The translations under genes and the position numbers were made by a program. Shown here one piece after another: positions 48,665 to 50,954 of a DNA stretch of 50,954 nt. Within the stretch, counting starts at the first letter, position 1, and every line of letters starts with the position of its first letter. The DNA comes from Pelomyxa schiedti. Taxonomy: Eukaryota; Protista; Evosea. The notes under the pieces were generated by a model. The model worked only from the letters and a program-made list of their open reading frames with translations. It was not told where the DNA came from and ran no database searches. The stretch spans positions 1 through 50,954 of the forward strand of contig JAHLWZ010000909.1 in the NCBI GenBank assembly GCA_020536535.1, read 5' to 3'.

Positions 48665-50150
48665 ATGAGCGACCAGGAACCGGCTGACATGGGCGACGAC
48701 GACGCGGTGCTCGGGGGCGTCTCCGGGGGGGACTCGAGGTCGGCGGTGGAGGAGCCGAAGCCCCCCGATCCGCGCGGCGCGGCGGACTGCAATCTCGTGG
48801 CGGACCCGACGCAACAGGAGCTTGGCGAGATCGCAGATGCCGATGCCGATGCCGATGCCGATGCCAATCTGCAGATGGTAGCACGCGGTCCCCCCGATCG
48901 AGAGCATCCCGCTCCCCTCTCTTGCGTGGTGCCACCACCCCCTGCCGTAACTGACGACGAGGAGTCCGCAGCACCACCGCTGTCAAATGTAACTGTGTGC
49001 ATTCTTGAAGAGAGGGTGGGGCACTGTGAGAAAGTATTTCTCGCAACCAACTTGGAGGTTCGTGGTTCTTTCCTTGTTACTAGTTGAAATCGCTTCTCTC
49101 ATTGTTCTTTTTTTTTTACAGGAAACTGCAGACATTTTTATCATGTGCCCCCTGGAGAACCCGGCTGCTCAGATACTGCGTTGTGGCCGCGTTTTCGCTA
49201 TTGCCAACTGCGAATGCGGAGATTTCTGTGCAGGCCGCAGCGCAATTTCTATCAGAGAGGAGACCTCTGTTACTGCAATCAATGAAAATGAGATGCACCC
49301 TAAGAGAGAGGTGAAGTATCACTTTGCCACTGATGACGAAGTGGATGCCAGGCTGGAGAGGTCGAAGTCTGACCAGACAATACAACCCTTCGGTATGTCT
49401 TCCTTTCTTCCTTTTATTTTCTTGAGAGTGCTCTCTTTCTTTCCCTCACAAATCACAGACTTCATTGGACTTGTTCTCACGAAGGCGAGGAAAGTGGTCA
49501 TCGGGATCACTAAAAACAGCCTTGAAGTGATGACCCCGGGTGGAAGCACATACCGGGTCATGGTGGAGTCGTCAACGATCAGGAAGGGTGACATAGTAGC
49601 CATAAAGATGGCGCACACCATGTACGACGATAACGATGGCTGTTGGGTGGAGGGAAGCATGATGATATCTTGGGTCTCTGTGAACCCTGTGTGCGCGGAA
49701 TCAGGCAAGCTGCTGCAGCAACGCTCTAAGATAATTAAGGCAAACAGGCAGACTCCTCCCAGCACTTCACACAGGCATTTGGGCAGTGGGCCCATTGTCC
49801 AACCGCATCCATTTCAAGAACAACCTCAGGCTCCCCCTATTTGTTCCCCACGCACATCATCATTTGCAGTAACCAATGTTCAGCAGCGGCCTGCATCATC
49901 AGGACAACCAACTATCACATGTAAATCACACAGCAACAATGCACTCCAAGAGAGGTACCGCAATGTGCAGCTGGAAACTTCCTCTGCCGCAACCACAACC
50001 ACAAGCACTCAAAGCCCACAAGGTCCCAACAACCCCATCTCTACATCCCCAATGTACTCTCACAGCACACCAGCTTCCCAAAGTCCAGTGTCACGTGAGG
50101 AATATGAACTGCTAGTCAAGCAGTACATCAAGGACAACCAAGATGACTGA
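48665..50150 (+). CDS. Divergent tandem OB-fold protein (RPA70-like ssDNA-binding)
   Basis: GRVFAIAN...ISIREETSV...P...YHF and DFIGLVL...KGDIVAIKMA...VNPVCAESGKL resemble RPA1 DBD-A/B. Two GT-AG introns. (GATGCC)5 at 48836-48865 encodes a DA repeat. Confidence 0.5.
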
Positions 50151-50373
50151 ATGAGGAACCCCCAACCAGCATGTCAGTTTTGTTGAAGTGGATTTGTAGT
50201 GTTTACCTAGTGATTTTGTCCGGTAACTGTTATGACCTTTTTTCCGTGAATCATCATTGATTCAAATGGTGATTCCGGAAGATAAGATCATGTTTGTTTT
50301 CCGGTACCAGATTTGGTTTTTTTGTTGTTTGTCAGGAGGAAATTTTTTGACAAAAAATACAAACAACACAACA

Positions 50374-50954
50374 ATGAGCGAGGACGGGGCAGAGCCGGTG
50401 AAGCGGCTTGTGGAGGCGATGATGGGTGTTGCCCAGGGCTCTGGTGAGGGCATGGTCTCCGTATACAAGGGCATCCGCGATGCCCTGATGTGTCCCTGTT
50501 TTCCCCTGGAAACCCATGTGGAGATCTCGCTCCTCCAAGGGTTTGTGTCAGGGGTGGAGAGGGATCTGTTGGGGGCCGGTGCCGCCTCGGAGAGCGCCGT
50601 TCGGTGTTTGTCCGCGATCTTGCGGAACAAATACACCTTCGCTGCGTGCATCGACGATGAGATGGCACGACAGATCTACACCTTCCTCGAGAAGGGCTTG
50701 CAACAGCCACAAACTCTCCGTGTGACTTTGCAAGCGGTCTACGCCACGCACTCACTCAGCACCGCACCGAGCGATACTCTATTACACGCGGTTTGTTGTT
50801 TATTCCCTAAAAATGTTTTATTCTTATTTGATTTTGTGAGGAGTGATGGCCGATGGATTCAGGGAATCTCGCCGCGGTGATTGGGCGCCAAGTTGGCCAA
50901 CTAATTATGGTCATTCACGGGAACGAGTGCGTTCAAGCTAACAGGCACCAGCCA
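50374..50954 (+). CDS. HEAT/ARM-like helical protein, 3'-partial (possibly a RIF1 N-terminus)
   Basis: ATG 50374 after an A/C-rich leader. Amphipathic helices VYKGIRDAL...VERDLL...SAVRCLSAIL loosely follow the Rif1_N pattern. Confidence 0.4.

Noticed and set aside
1-50954. CRISPR arrays, tRNA/rRNA genes, TnpB/Fanzor nucleases, prokaryotic operons
   Set aside because: I saw no repeat-spacer array, cloverleaf, rRNA block or RuvC/zinc-finger motif set; the DNA is clearly spliced eukaryotic sequence.

Overview
Gene-dense eukaryotic DNA with many short (about 30-60 nt) spliceosomal introns and the standard genetic code. It looks like a protist, and an amoebozoan is my inference from a CudA-like gene, FHA-kinases and Thr/Pro-rich low-complexity tails. 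The ORF track shows only exon fragments, so I spliced the gene models by hand; exon boundaries are approximate. 1-3.5 kb is a nest of transposon remains: an intron-containing BED-hAT transposase with its terminal inverted repeat, a CCHC knuckle, a piggyBac-like C-terminus and a LINE RT fragment. Next come an intronless S/T-rich ORF, a C/D snoRNA with snR40-like dual guides, a membrane-anchored thioester (GCFEQ) alpha-2-macroglobulin-like gene and a rhodanese-DSP phosphatase. 13.2-28.8 kb is rich in RNA silencing/decay genes: TRAX, RRP40, U1A/U2B'', a half-LIM/double-zinc-ribbon gene, a ZNFX1 helicase fused to two cold-shock domains, a CudA-like gene and PARN. The rest holds ARP10, an integrase/PHD remnant, an HxxxDG acyltransferase, RRP15, a conserved hypothetical gene, a bestrophin pseudogene carrying a perfect 29-bp hairpin with an intron in its loop, two convergent FHA-kinases, a collapsed VPS13 pseudogene, an RPA-like OB-fold gene and a partial HEAT-repeat gene. 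Family calls come from motif recognition only; no database searches were run.
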